Shown here: positions 38,767 to 47,729 of the stretch, in pieces
How the letters are laid out: each line of letters begins with the position of its first letter
How positions within the stretch are numbered: position 1 is the stretch's first letter
Source of the DNA: Bacilli bacterium
GTDB taxonomy: Bacteria > Bacillota_I > Bacilli_A > ML615J-28 > CAG-313
Length of the DNA: 64,000 nt
Direction: 5' to 3'
Assembly (NCBI GenBank): GCA_045589955.1
Contig: JAZNQD010000009.1
Coordinates: 118,814-182,813, forward strand
Program-made: the position numbers and the translations under genes
The notes under the pieces: model-generated
What the model was told of the DNA's origin: nothing
Seen by the model: only the letters and a program-made list of their open reading frames with translations
The model's database searches: none

Positions 38767-39237
38767 ATGTCTACTAATCTTGAACCTTTAGAAAATATAA
38801 TTGGTACGCGTTGTATTTCATATTATGCTAGCGACAAGTCTGCTTTAGATGGTAAGCATAGTTATGAATTTTGGACACGCAGTAAATTAACTCGTATCGT
38901 ATGTAATAAACCTTTTGGACGCGGTGATACACTTCAAATTGATGATGTAAAAGAAACCTCCAGTGGTATATTGATTGAAACCACTTTAATTAATGAATGG
39001 GAGCAAGGCTATCCTGTATTAAATTTTATTAGTGGTCGTCTTATTTATAATAAATGGGCAGATTTTGAGTGTACACCGACAGAAGGCATCCAAATTGTTA
39101 AGCAGATTGAACAAATTTTAGCAGATAATTATTCTATAGGCTTTGTTATATTAGCGTATAAATCTGGTAAAATCTCTTGTGTCGATAAAGTTACAAATAA
39201 TAAATTCGATATACATATTCGTTTAGATTGGGAATAA
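38767..39237 (+). CDS. hypothetical protein
   Basis: 156 aa. Confidence 0.45.
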   Translation: MSTNLEPLENIIGTRCISYYASDKSALDGKHSYEFWTRSKLTRIVCNKPFGRGDTLQIDDVKETSSGILIETTLINEWEQGYPVLNFISGRLIYNKWADFECTPTEGIQIVKQIEQILADNYSIGFVILAYKSGKISCVDKVTNNKFDIHIRLDWE

Positions 39238-39250
39238 ATAGGGAAATATC

Positions 39251-41047
39251 ATGGATAGAGAAACACGTTTATTTAAGAGTTTGGCAAAACGTATTGTTGA
39301 AAATTCTTATCATGACAGAGAAAATAATACTTTGTTTGTTACTAACCCAGGTATTTCATTCGACGTATTAAAAGGTTTAGCCAAAAAGCATAATTTTACA
39401 GTAGGTCAAACAAATACTGGAGAATATGTCAGTATTCCATTGGCATATAAACACAGTGCATTAGATGGTGATGACTTTAGTATTTATGATGATTTCATGA
39501 GTACGTATACCTACTATAATAAAAATTATAATACATTATTATCTGCTTATCAAACGTTTGATTTAATGCAAGAAAATTTATCTGAAGTTGATTTAATTTT
39601 AGATACATATGTAGGTGAAGTTTTGAGTCAAGGTTTTATTGAAAATCCACTCGAAATAAAAATATCAAACACTAAAGCTCAAAGCTTAATTGAAAAAGTA
39701 TTTTATAAGAATAAAATTTATCAGAAATTACCGAATATTACCAAATCTATTGCTAAATATGGTAATTTTGGTATGACTTTATCTTATCCATATTTAGAGA
39801 GTTGGATGACAGAAGATGGTGAAGTCGATTTATCACAAATCGATATCTTAGAAGATTTAGTAATCAATTTTATTAATCCTAAGAATTTTGAAATTAATTG
39901 TGATGAATATATGAATCCTATTAATTATAAAACTACTACACCGAATGTATATGTAAATCAAACGGCACAATCTAGAGAAATTTATAAGTTATGGCAACCA
40001 TGGCAATTTGTACATTTCTTGATTCCAGATGAAATTACTGAACCATATGGTAAATCTATGCTTTGGTCAATGCGTTCTGCTTTTGATCAGTTGACTACTT
40101 TAGAAGCATTATTAGGTATTTCACGTGCTTCTAAGATTCAAAGATTAGTCTTTTATGTACCAATGCCAAACGGAATAAATTTGGTAGATTCTTACGGTTA
40201 TTTACAAGAATTCCGTGCACAATACTTAAACTCTGTATTTACCGACCAAGGTAGTGCAAAAGCTGGACGTAAGATGCCGGGTGCTATGTCAATTTTAACT
40301 TTACCTATGTCACATGATGGTAAAAAAGTTGAAGTAGACCATATCGAATCTAATATTGATTTAAGTTCGGTTGAAGACGTAGAATATTTCTTAGATAAAA
40401 TTTTAAGAAATTCTAGTTTGCCAAAAGGTTATTTAGTAGGTGAAGATGTTATTACAACTGCTCAAACCTTAGAGGCACAAGACCTTAAATTACGTCGTAC
40501 ATTAATTCCATTAAAACGTGCTTTGTTAACAGGTATTATGAATCTTGTTGAAAATGTATTGACACATGCTGGTTTTGATGTATCTAAATTAGAAGTTGAA
40601 GTTAATTTAAACGAACCTATTCAAATTCCGGCTGATGTGATTAGTAAGTATAATGACATTGGAGAATTACTTGGTGCGTTTTCTCAAATTAATCCAAATA
40701 TGCCGGATATAAACAAGTTCCAATTTTTAGTAAAGATGGGTATGCCTGTTGATATAGCATCTTTGGTAATTTCTAAGGTAAGTATCAACGCAATGGATAC
40801 AACTGATGATTTGGCTAAGTTTTTATTGGGACAAAAATTGAAAAATGGTAACACTCAAATTGAAAACCCAGAATTAGAAGAAACTGTAAAATATTCATTA
40901 AATTCAAAACAGTTTTTAAAAGAACATTATAACTTGAGTACAAATCTAAAGAATTTCCATGATACAATGCGCACTAGTTTAGATAGGTCTTTGAAAGAAA
41001 GCTTGTTAAAGAGTGAACGTAAAGTTTTAACTGAAGATGCAGAATAA
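39251..41047 (+). CDS. portal protein (T4 gp20-like)
   Basis: 598 aa. The segment SILTLPMSHDGKKVEVDHIESNIDLSSVEDVEYFLDKILRNSSLPKGYL resembles the T4 gp20 region ...[38 protein letters not shown] (from memory). Confidence 0.5.
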   Translation: MDRETRLFKSLAKRIVENSYHDRENNTLFVTNPGISFDVLKGLAKKHNFTVGQTNTGEYVSIPLAYKHSALDGDDFSIYDDFMSTYTYYNKNYNTLLSAYQTFDLMQENLSEVDLILDTYVGEVLSQGFIENPLEIKISNTKAQSLIEKVFYKNKIYQKLPNITKSIAKYGNFGMTLSYPYLESWMTEDGEVDLSQIDILEDLVINFINPKNFEINCDEYMNPINYKTTTPNVYVNQTAQSREIYKLWQPWQFVHFLIPDEITEPYGKSMLWSMRSAFDQLTTLEALLGISRASKIQRLVFYVPMPNGINLVDSYGYLQEFRAQYLNSVFTDQGSAKAGRKMPGAMSILTLPMSHDGKKVEVDHIESNIDLSSVEDVEYFLDKILRNSSLPKGYLVGEDVITTAQTLEAQDLKLRRTLIPLKRALLTGIMNLVENVLTHAGFDVSKLEVEVNLNEPIQIPADVISKYNDIGELLGAFSQINPNMPDINKFQFLVKMGMPVDIASLVISKVSINAMDTTDDLAKFLLGQKLKNGNTQIENPELEETVKYSLNSKQFLKEHYNLSTNLKNFHDTMRTSLDRSLKESLLKSERKVLTEDAE

Positions 41048-41378
41048 AGTATTAATATCAGGAATATTTGTTGTTGAAAAGAAATGGGGCCTTGTTTGGT
41101 TAAATAATAAGGTTGAGAATAAAAGTGAGAATTTAAACTATTTTAAATTTGAAACTCTTCTCCATCAAAGCTTCGATGAATCTACTATAAAGAAAATATT
41201 AGAAGCGATTAATTGTGAAAAGAAATTATTAATTGATTTTGATAATTCGTTTGTAAAAGTAATTAAAGAACCAGAAGTTAAATTTGAAGATTGTTTTTCT
41301 AAATATTTTAATACGCAATATGTGGAAGAATGGTTAGAAAACGGTGAGCATATTGAATCTGATTTATACAATTTATAA
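41037..41378 (+). CDS. hypothetical protein
   Basis: 113 aa, out of frame but overlapping the portal stop. Confidence 0.3.
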   Translation: MQNKVLISGIFVVEKKWGLVWLNNKVENKSENLNYFKFETLLHQSFDESTIKKILEAINCEKKLLIDFDNSFVKVIKEPEVKFEDCFSKYFNTQYVEEWLENGEHIESDLYNL

Positions 41379-41397
41379 TAATGGAGTCTAATTTATA

Positions 41398-41757
41398 ATG
41401 AAGCATCTAAATATATTTGGTGATGATAGAAAAATACCCAAGTTATCAATAAATGTACGAATTAAAGTAAAAACGAATACTGCCGAAGAGAATAAAGCTT
41501 GGAATACTGTATTTGGGTATATTATGAAAAAACCTCGTACTAAATTAGAGTTTTTAACAGTAAGTACGATAAGAAGTTTAACCTTAGATAAAATTACACT
41601 AGAAGCGATTAAAAAGAATATATCAGAAGAAGATTATATCCAGTTACAGAAAGTAGAAAATGTATTTAATAATAACCTAACAGATGATATAAAAGCCTTC
41701 ATTTTGGCAATTCTAAAGATACCAGTTAATGTATTAGAAAACATATGTAAAGCTTAG
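41398..41757 (+). CDS. hypothetical protein
   Basis: 119 aa. SD GGAG. Confidence 0.45.
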   Translation: MKHLNIFGDDRKIPKLSINVRIKVKTNTAEENKAWNTVFGYIMKKPRTKLEFLTVSTIRSLTLDKITLEAIKKNISEEDYIQLQKVENVFNNNLTDDIKAFILAILKIPVNVLENICKA

Positions 41758-41766
41758 TTTTAAGAG

Positions 41767-41802
41767 TCTCCTTTTGAATCATTACAAAAGGAGATTTCTC
41801 AT
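41767..41802 (+). terminator. rho-independent terminator
   Basis: Perfect 10-bp stem TCTCCTTTTG / CAAAAGGAGA with an 8-nt loop, followed by TTTCTCATTT. Confidence 0.6.
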
Positions 41803-41813
41803 TTATAGATTAA

Positions 41814-41820
41814 AGTTCTA
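41814..41820 (+). promoter_or_regulatory. AGTTCTA motif upstream of 41851, with TATAAT 13 nt downstream
   Basis: aaagttctaataataaaagtatataattgg. Confidence 0.3.
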
Positions 41821-41850
41821 ATAATAAAAGTATATAATTGGAAGATAAAT

Positions 41851-44334
41851 ATGTCAATCAAAGATTTGCTGTTTGAATACTCTGGTGATTCAGATTTTGA
41901 GTCATATACTGGTATTGTTTTAGATAAAGAAAATAACGCTTTTAAAGTAATTAAAGGCATGTTTCGTGATAAAAAAGATTTTTACGAAAAAATGCATAAG
42001 CAAGGTTATATTTTAAGAAAATGCTTTGAGACAGATATCTTTGAATGGATTGAAAGAAATGCTGAAGATGATTTAACTACATATTTGATGTTCAGTACAG
42101 CATTTTCTAAATGGAGAGGTAATAACGTGTTATCTGATTATTATGTAAAGCTTTTGAATGATATTCCTCATCTTAACCGTGAAACTCAAAAAGGTAATCC
42201 TAAAAGTAAAGGCAAAGAGAAAGGTGGTTGGAATGAATCTGTTTTAGAAGATGGTCCAATCAAAGAAGCTTTTGATACAGAAGCCTTAGCTAATAGAGCA
42301 GCAGTATATAGAAGTTTACCTAATGTGGATAAACATACTATTAGTATTTATCCTGTAGGATATAGTGGTGAAATTATTAAGTCTGCTAAAGCTAAACCTA
42401 TTGTTTTGGATGCTTGGTATCCTTTTGATGCTGAAGGTAAAGATAAATTTAAAGATCCGTTGTTTTTACGTCAATTATATGTACAATTAAATCAACCAAA
42501 CTATGCTTCTCAAAAATTTCCGTCTTTTGCATTTATTGTAGATGGTAATTACTCAGATCCTACTTATATGACATATCGTGATATTTCCAGTGCATATAAT
42601 ACTATTACAAAAAATCCAAATTGGAAGCTGGCTGATAAAAACACTGCTATTAATCAATTAAATAAAAAAATAAAAGATATTAATACAAAGTTAAATCCAG
42701 ACTCAAAAGAATACAATGCTTTATCACAAGATGAAAAAGATCAATTATTCTTTGATAGAGATACTTTAAAACAACAGAGAGCTAGTGTTGGAAGAGATGC
42801 TGTAGATAATACAAAATACACTAAGCAAGAAATAGAAACTTTGAAAGATTTGCGTGACAATTTACGTAGATATCAGTCAAATCCAGGTGATGAAGATTTA
42901 GCAAAATTTATTCAAGACGAAATTGATAATATTAAAGACACTGCTCGTAAGCGTACTGCTATTATGAGTCCAGCTAAAACAACTAAACGTCAAGCTTTGG
43001 ATAGATATGATGATTTAACACACGGTTTAGCTGTTAATGCAAATCCAGTTCCTTCTAATCCTATACACGGCGGTGATTCGGAAGGTACGTTTTTAAAGCG
43101 TTTCGATAAAAAAAGATCAGATGCTGAAAAATTAAAGTTGTTGCGCCAAAAATTTGATTTAAATGAACCAGTAAAAATTAAACGTACTGATAATTTTGTT
43201 TTACCAAAAGACATGGCAACTAAAGCAGACGAATTATCTAAACAAAATACAAAAGATTTCTTCAAGGGTATTCAACCACTTAAAAACCAAGAACCTGCTG
43301 CATATGATGTTGTTAATACTTTGACTAAAACAAAACAATATACACATGGCAATATTAGCGATAAAGATATGGATTCTTTGGTTTTGGATATCTTTAAAAC
43401 ATATACTAAGGACCAAAATACCGATGCTCAAACTGTACGTAAGTATTTTATTGAAAATCCAAAAGTATATATGAAAGAATTAGATAAGCGTTTGGCAAGA
43501 TTTGATAAAGGTGAGAGATTTGGTAAAGAAGCTCCACAAGAAGAATCTGCTCCGGTAAACGCTGGTGTTAATGTTTTATATGCTGACGAAATTGCACAAG
43601 GTAAAACTCCTTTTAGAGGAGCATTGCCTTTGGGTGGTACAATTACAGAAGATTATACTCATTCTGAATTAAATACTAACTTGTTTGATGGTGATAAACT
43701 CAAACCGGAAGTACGTGCGGCTTTGCTAGAAATTGCTAATAAGTTTGAAGAGTCTTTAGAATTACCAATAAAACCGGTTGATATATACTTTACTGGAAGT
43801 TGTGCAAATTATAATTACAATGATAAAAGTGATATTGATTTACATTTAGTATATGATTTTGAAAAAGTAGGCTTACATGCTGAAATTGTTGCTAATTATA
43901 TGAAAGCTTCTAAAAAAATATTTAATAAAAACTATGATATTACAATAAAAGGAATTCCGGTTGAAGTTGGTTGTGAAAATACTGCTGAGCCTGTTGTTGC
44001 TACCGCTGTATATTCAATTTTAAATAATAAATGGATAAAAAAACCAGAAGATGCTAATAAAGAATATCCTGGCGTAGATTTACCGATATATAATGAATTA
44101 ACTTTACAAATAGAAGATGCGATTGAAAGTCAAGATTCTTCAGTTATTGGTAATTTGTGGAAAATGCTTGGTAAGTTACGTAAAGATAGTTTAGCACAAG
44201 AAGGTGAATTTGGTGTAGGTAATGCTATTTTCAAAAAGTTACGTAACATGGAATATTTAAATCGTTTAAAAGATGCTTATTATGCTTCAGCTAGTAAGGA
44301 ATTATCGCTAGAAGCTTTGGAGGATATTATATAA
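41851..44334 (+). CDS. large hypothetical protein with Pol-beta-type nucleotidyltransferase motif
   Basis: 827 aa. Near 43790..43850 it reads YFTGSCANYNYNDKSDIDLHLV, which fits the minimal nucleotidyltransferase pattern GS-x(9-13)-Dh[DE]. Confidence 0.5.
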   Translation: MSIKDLLFEYSGDSDFESYTGIVLDKENNAFKVIKGMFRDKKDFYEKMHKQGYILRKCFETDIFEWIERNAEDDLTTYLMFSTAFSKWRGNNVLSDYYVKLLNDIPHLNRETQKGNPKSKGKEKGGWNESVLEDGPIKEAFDTEALANRAAVYRSLPNVDKHTISIYPVGYSGEIIKSAKAKPIVLDAWYPFDAEGKDKFKDPLFLRQLYVQLNQPNYASQKFPSFAFIVDGNYSDPTYMTYRDISSAYNTITKNPNWKLADKNTAINQLNKKIKDINTKLNPDSKEYNALSQDEKDQLFFDRDTLKQQRASVGRDAVDNTKYTKQEIETLKDLRDNLRRYQSNPGDEDLAKFIQDEIDNIKDTARKRTAIMSPAKTTKRQALDRYDDLTHGLAVNANPVPSNPIHGGDSEGTFLKRFDKKRSDAEKLKLLRQKFDLNEPVKIKRTDNFVLPKDMATKADELSKQNTKDFFKGIQPLKNQEPAAYDVVNTLTKTKQYTHGNISDKDMDSLVLDIFKTYTKDQNTDAQTVRKYFIENPKVYMKELDKRLARFDKGERFGKEAPQEESAPVNAGVNVLYADEIAQGKTPFRGALPLGGTITEDYTHSELNTNLFDGDKLKPEVRAALLEIANKFEESLELPIKPVDIYFTGSCANYNYNDKSDIDLHLVYDFEKVGLHAEIVANYMKASKKIFNKNYDITIKGIPVEVGCENTAEPVVATAVYSILNNKWIKKPEDANKEYPGVDLPIYNELTLQIEDAIESQDSSVIGNLWKMLGKLRKDSLAQEGEFGVGNAIFKKLRNMEYLNRLKDAYYASASKELSLEALEDII

Positions 44335-45923
44335 TGGTTAATGCTAAAGAAGCTGATTTAAATTCTAAGATAAGTGTAGTGGCAAATATTCCTTCTAATC
44401 TATTTAATTTGTCTCAAGATGAATTTGTAGATGGGTTGATTAAGCATTGTAATAATAGTGAAGATACCGCATTAAAAACTATAAAAGATTGTTTAGCATC
44501 TATTAAAGATGGTTATAATGATAAAGCTAAATATTTAAGTGACGCAAAGAATAAGTTAGAAAAAATGATTGAGGCAAAAAATATGACATTTCGTGACAAG
44601 TGTGCTAAATTGATTAAAGAGTATAAACTTGAAGAGCGTGAATTACCTAGAGCTAAATCATTAACTGCCCCTGGTGAATATTTTCCAGATAAAAATAGTG
44701 CCGTAGATGAAGAGATATATCAATTAATAACTAATAATATTCACCCTAATGTATTATATTCAAGACGTTATTGGCGCTATGAAGATAAAAATGGCAATCG
44801 TTATGTTTTCCAATTACAAGGCATAGATAAAAAAGAATTAAATAAAGATGGAAAAGCCAATGTAAAGGTCGTAACAAAAGAAGTTGGCGAAACAGAGAAT
44901 GGTAGACAATTTATTACTGATGGTCAAGTATTTAATATGCCAGCTTCTCGTTTTGTTGAAATAATTAAGTCACCTATAAATAAAGATATATATTCACATG
45001 TTATGAAAGGTGAATCTGAAGATAATTCTGATTGGATGATTGATTATACTGCTGCCAAAACAAATATGAAAAACGATTTTAATAACTGGTATGATGCAAA
45101 TAAAGAAGCATATGATTTAGACACATATAATCGTTTTGACGTTATGAAAGTTTACCAATTAACGAGAAAAGGTTTTACTATTCCACAAGCTTTTCGTAGA
45201 ACAACTGTAAGAGCAAACGAGTCTGTATTAGATGAAGCAGAAAAATTACCAATGAATAAAGATGCTAAAACTGTACAAGAGGTTTTAAGTAATTTTGGTA
45301 TTGATGATAGATTTATGACTATGCCTTTTACTGTTAAAGATACTACAAATATGCGTGATGAAGATAAAGAACCTGACAGACATTTTGTTATTGTTGGTAC
45401 GCAAGAAGATTTGAGTAAACCTGTTGAATCTATGTTTATAAAAGATTACGATAAGGGCGGTCGTGCTATTGAAATATCTATGAATGAATTATTAGAAATT
45501 TTAGATAGACCAGAAAACACTAATCCTAAAATTAATTTGTGGGACCGTGCTTCTACTATTCGTAAACAAAATATGCCATTAAGTGTAGGTAAAGACGGTA
45601 AATTTCACGAATTAACTAAAGATGAAATATTAGCTGCTTTAGAATTAGTACAAAATGATGAACGTTTTAAAGATATCGATTTAAAAGCTGCATATTTAGA
45701 GCCTCAAAGCTATGAGCGTAGAAATGCAATCGTTGGAATGGCATTAAAAGCGGTTGATCCAGATTATTTGGTCAAAGCTATCAGAACAACAAATGGATTT
45801 AATGGAATTTCATATCAAATCTTTATACCTAATTGGGATAATCCTAAGACTAAACCTTCTACATCTGGGTATAAATTTATGAATCCATATCAACAAATTA
45901 AAAAAGATTGGTTTAATGCATAA
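44334..45923 (+). CDS. hypothetical protein
   Basis: 529 aa. SD GGAGG, TAATG coupling. Confidence 0.5.
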   Translation: MVNAKEADLNSKISVVANIPSNLFNLSQDEFVDGLIKHCNNSEDTALKTIKDCLASIKDGYNDKAKYLSDAKNKLEKMIEAKNMTFRDKCAKLIKEYKLEERELPRAKSLTAPGEYFPDKNSAVDEEIYQLITNNIHPNVLYSRRYWRYEDKNGNRYVFQLQGIDKKELNKDGKANVKVVTKEVGETENGRQFITDGQVFNMPASRFVEIIKSPINKDIYSHVMKGESEDNSDWMIDYTAAKTNMKNDFNNWYDANKEAYDLDTYNRFDVMKVYQLTRKGFTIPQAFRRTTVRANESVLDEAEKLPMNKDAKTVQEVLSNFGIDDRFMTMPFTVKDTTNMRDEDKEPDRHFVIVGTQEDLSKPVESMFIKDYDKGGRAIEISMNELLEILDRPENTNPKINLWDRASTIRKQNMPLSVGKDGKFHELTKDEILAALELVQNDERFKDIDLKAAYLEPQSYERRNAIVGMALKAVDPDYLVKAIRTTNGFNGISYQIFIPNWDNPKTKPSTSGYKFMNPYQQIKKDWFNA

Positions 45924-45935
45924 GGATATATTATA

Positions 45936-46385
45936 ATGAGTAAATTTAGAGATTTGGTTGAAGCTAAGTTAAAAGAGTTCGGTTTACCAAGTAGTTATGA
46001 CTATTGGCGTACAACTGATCCTGCATACGAAAGACAAGGTCAATATGAAGACTGGTTAGAAAATCAAGATGTAGCTACTAAATACGCTGTTTATGTTCGT
46101 AATGAAGACCGTTATGGCAAAATGTTCGCTTGCTTAGATTTAAGTATACCTGAAGAACAAAACGATTGGGATGTTGTAAACGAATTGAATTCTGAATATA
46201 ACGATGAATTAAAATGTTTATGGAATACCGAACAAGAAGCAGCTGTTGCAGCCCAAGAATATAAAAAATATCACCCAGAATCTGAACCAAAAGTAGTAAC
46301 AGTTTGGTCTAAAGATGAAGACGGTATTTATTACGATGATCTTGAAGATGTATATACTTATGAAGATTGGGAAAACGATAGATAA
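45936..46385 (+). CDS. acidic hypothetical protein
   Basis: 149 aa, D/E/W/Y-rich. Confidence 0.45.
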   Translation: MSKFRDLVEAKLKEFGLPSSYDYWRTTDPAYERQGQYEDWLENQDVATKYAVYVRNEDRYGKMFACLDLSIPEEQNDWDVVNELNSEYNDELKCLWNTEQEAAVAAQEYKKYHPESEPKVVTVWSKDEDGIYYDDLEDVYTYEDWENDR

Positions 46386-46396
46386 GCGAGGAATAA

Positions 46397-47203
46397 ATGG
46401 CAAGTTTTAGTCCAATTAGAGATATAATAGATAAAGCGATTAACTTAGATTTGGCTAATCCTAATCTTGCTATATCTACAAAAGAGGCTTTATTAAAAGA
46501 AGATGCTATTACATTAGGAACTTTAGACTATTATCGTTCGTTTCCTTTACGCGTTGTTTATTGTACTACTTATAATTCAAGTGGCGGTGGTAAGACTAGC
46601 TTTGATTGGGCAGGTTTAGATACACCTATGCTTGATAATGGAGCCATGTATATTCCTTTTGAAAAATTTTTCACAGGTGGTACTCCTAAAGTTCCTCAAT
46701 CTCAAATTAAAAACGCGTATTTTCTTGGTGTTATTCGCATTGAGCGTCCTTATTGGTCAAATTACTCGAATCCCTCTATGTGGGAAAAACAGATGTTCGG
46801 ATTCCAAGTTAGTGGTTCTAATAGTTATAGTAACTATAACATTATGGATACTATTTTGAGCAATACTTTAGATGATTTATCTACTGGTCAACCTAGATGT
46901 TGGATTAACCGTATGGAAAATCGTGTTGAAGTACAAGCTCCTTGGGGTTTCGGTCAAATGGCACTAGATGCAGCTATTGGTTTTAATAGTCCAGAATATG
47001 TAGAAATGTCTAAGGTTGATTGGTTATGTAAATTTATTTCGAAACGTTTTATTGAAGCTATTATTCAAGCACGTGACGGAGTAAGTTTTGATGCAGATTT
47101 CAATATTTCAACAGAGCATTTACAAAAGCGTCTTGAAAAACTGACAGAACAAGTTGAAAGCATACAAAATCATAGTGTATTGCATCAAGCACAGTGGTCA
47201 TAA
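46397..47203 (+). CDS. hypothetical protein
   Basis: 268 aa. SD GAGGAA. Confidence 0.5.
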   Translation: MASFSPIRDIIDKAINLDLANPNLAISTKEALLKEDAITLGTLDYYRSFPLRVVYCTTYNSSGGGKTSFDWAGLDTPMLDNGAMYIPFEKFFTGGTPKVPQSQIKNAYFLGVIRIERPYWSNYSNPSMWEKQMFGFQVSGSNSYSNYNIMDTILSNTLDDLSTGQPRCWINRMENRVEVQAPWGFGQMALDAAIGFNSPEYVEMSKVDWLCKFISKRFIEAIIQARDGVSFDADFNISTEHLQKRLEKLTEQVESIQNHSVLHQAQWS

Positions 47204-47226
47204 AATTAGCTTTACTTTTAAAACAG

Positions 47227-47260
47227 AACCTCATATATGTATAATATGAGGTTTTTTATT
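47227..47260 (+). terminator. rho-independent terminator
   Basis: Stem AACCTCATAT / ATATGAGGTT with loop ATGTATA, followed by TTTTTTATTT. Confidence 0.6.
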
Positions 47261-47279
47261 TATGGTATAAGAAGGTCGA

Positions 47280-47654
47280 ATGGTATCTAGTGGTGTTTTA
47301 TTTAAAGAGAAAAATCGTTATTGGTTAAGTATTAATTTAGATAATACTCCAGTGGGTATATGTGCATTAGAGCGTGTTTATGATGTCTCTAAAGAATACG
47401 GTTTACCAAAAGGAAGTGTACTTGATAGCAGTGACGATATATGGGAAGTATTGGTAACGAGTAAGTCTTTTAAAGATTTACGTAAAGTAGATGAAGGATA
47501 TAAATTGGCTAGAGTTCAAGGTCAATATATTTATGTAAAACCAAAGGAAATGCAAAATAAAGTTATAGTTGATTTTGCAAAGTGTCATTCTTATAAACAA
47601 ATAGTCAAATTTTATTTAAAATGGAAGTGGTACCTATCTTATAATACAGATTAA
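47280..47654 (+). CDS. hypothetical protein
   Basis: 124 aa. SD GAAGG. Confidence 0.45.
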   Translation: MVSSGVLFKEKNRYWLSINLDNTPVGICALERVYDVSKEYGLPKGSVLDSSDDIWEVLVTSKSFKDLRKVDEGYKLARVQGQYIYVKPKEMQNKVIVDFAKCHSYKQIVKFYLKWKWYLSYNTD

Positions 47655-47664
47655 AAGTGATAGT

Positions 47665-47693
47665 TTGTTGATATTTATAAAGTTCTATACAAT
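47665..47693 (+). promoter_or_regulatory. candidate sigma-70-type promoter plus AGTTCTA motif
   Basis: TTGTTG - 17 nt - TACAAT. The AGTTCTA motif (47681..47687) lies in the spacer. Confidence 0.3.
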
Positions 47694-47729
47694 AATTGAG
47701 TACTCTTCAGAAAATATAGGATTTTATAA

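Noticed and set aside
41037-41378. 113-aa ORF overlapping the portal stop
   Set aside because: Kept only as a low-confidence feature. It starts inside the portal's last codons and has no SD, so it may be spurious.
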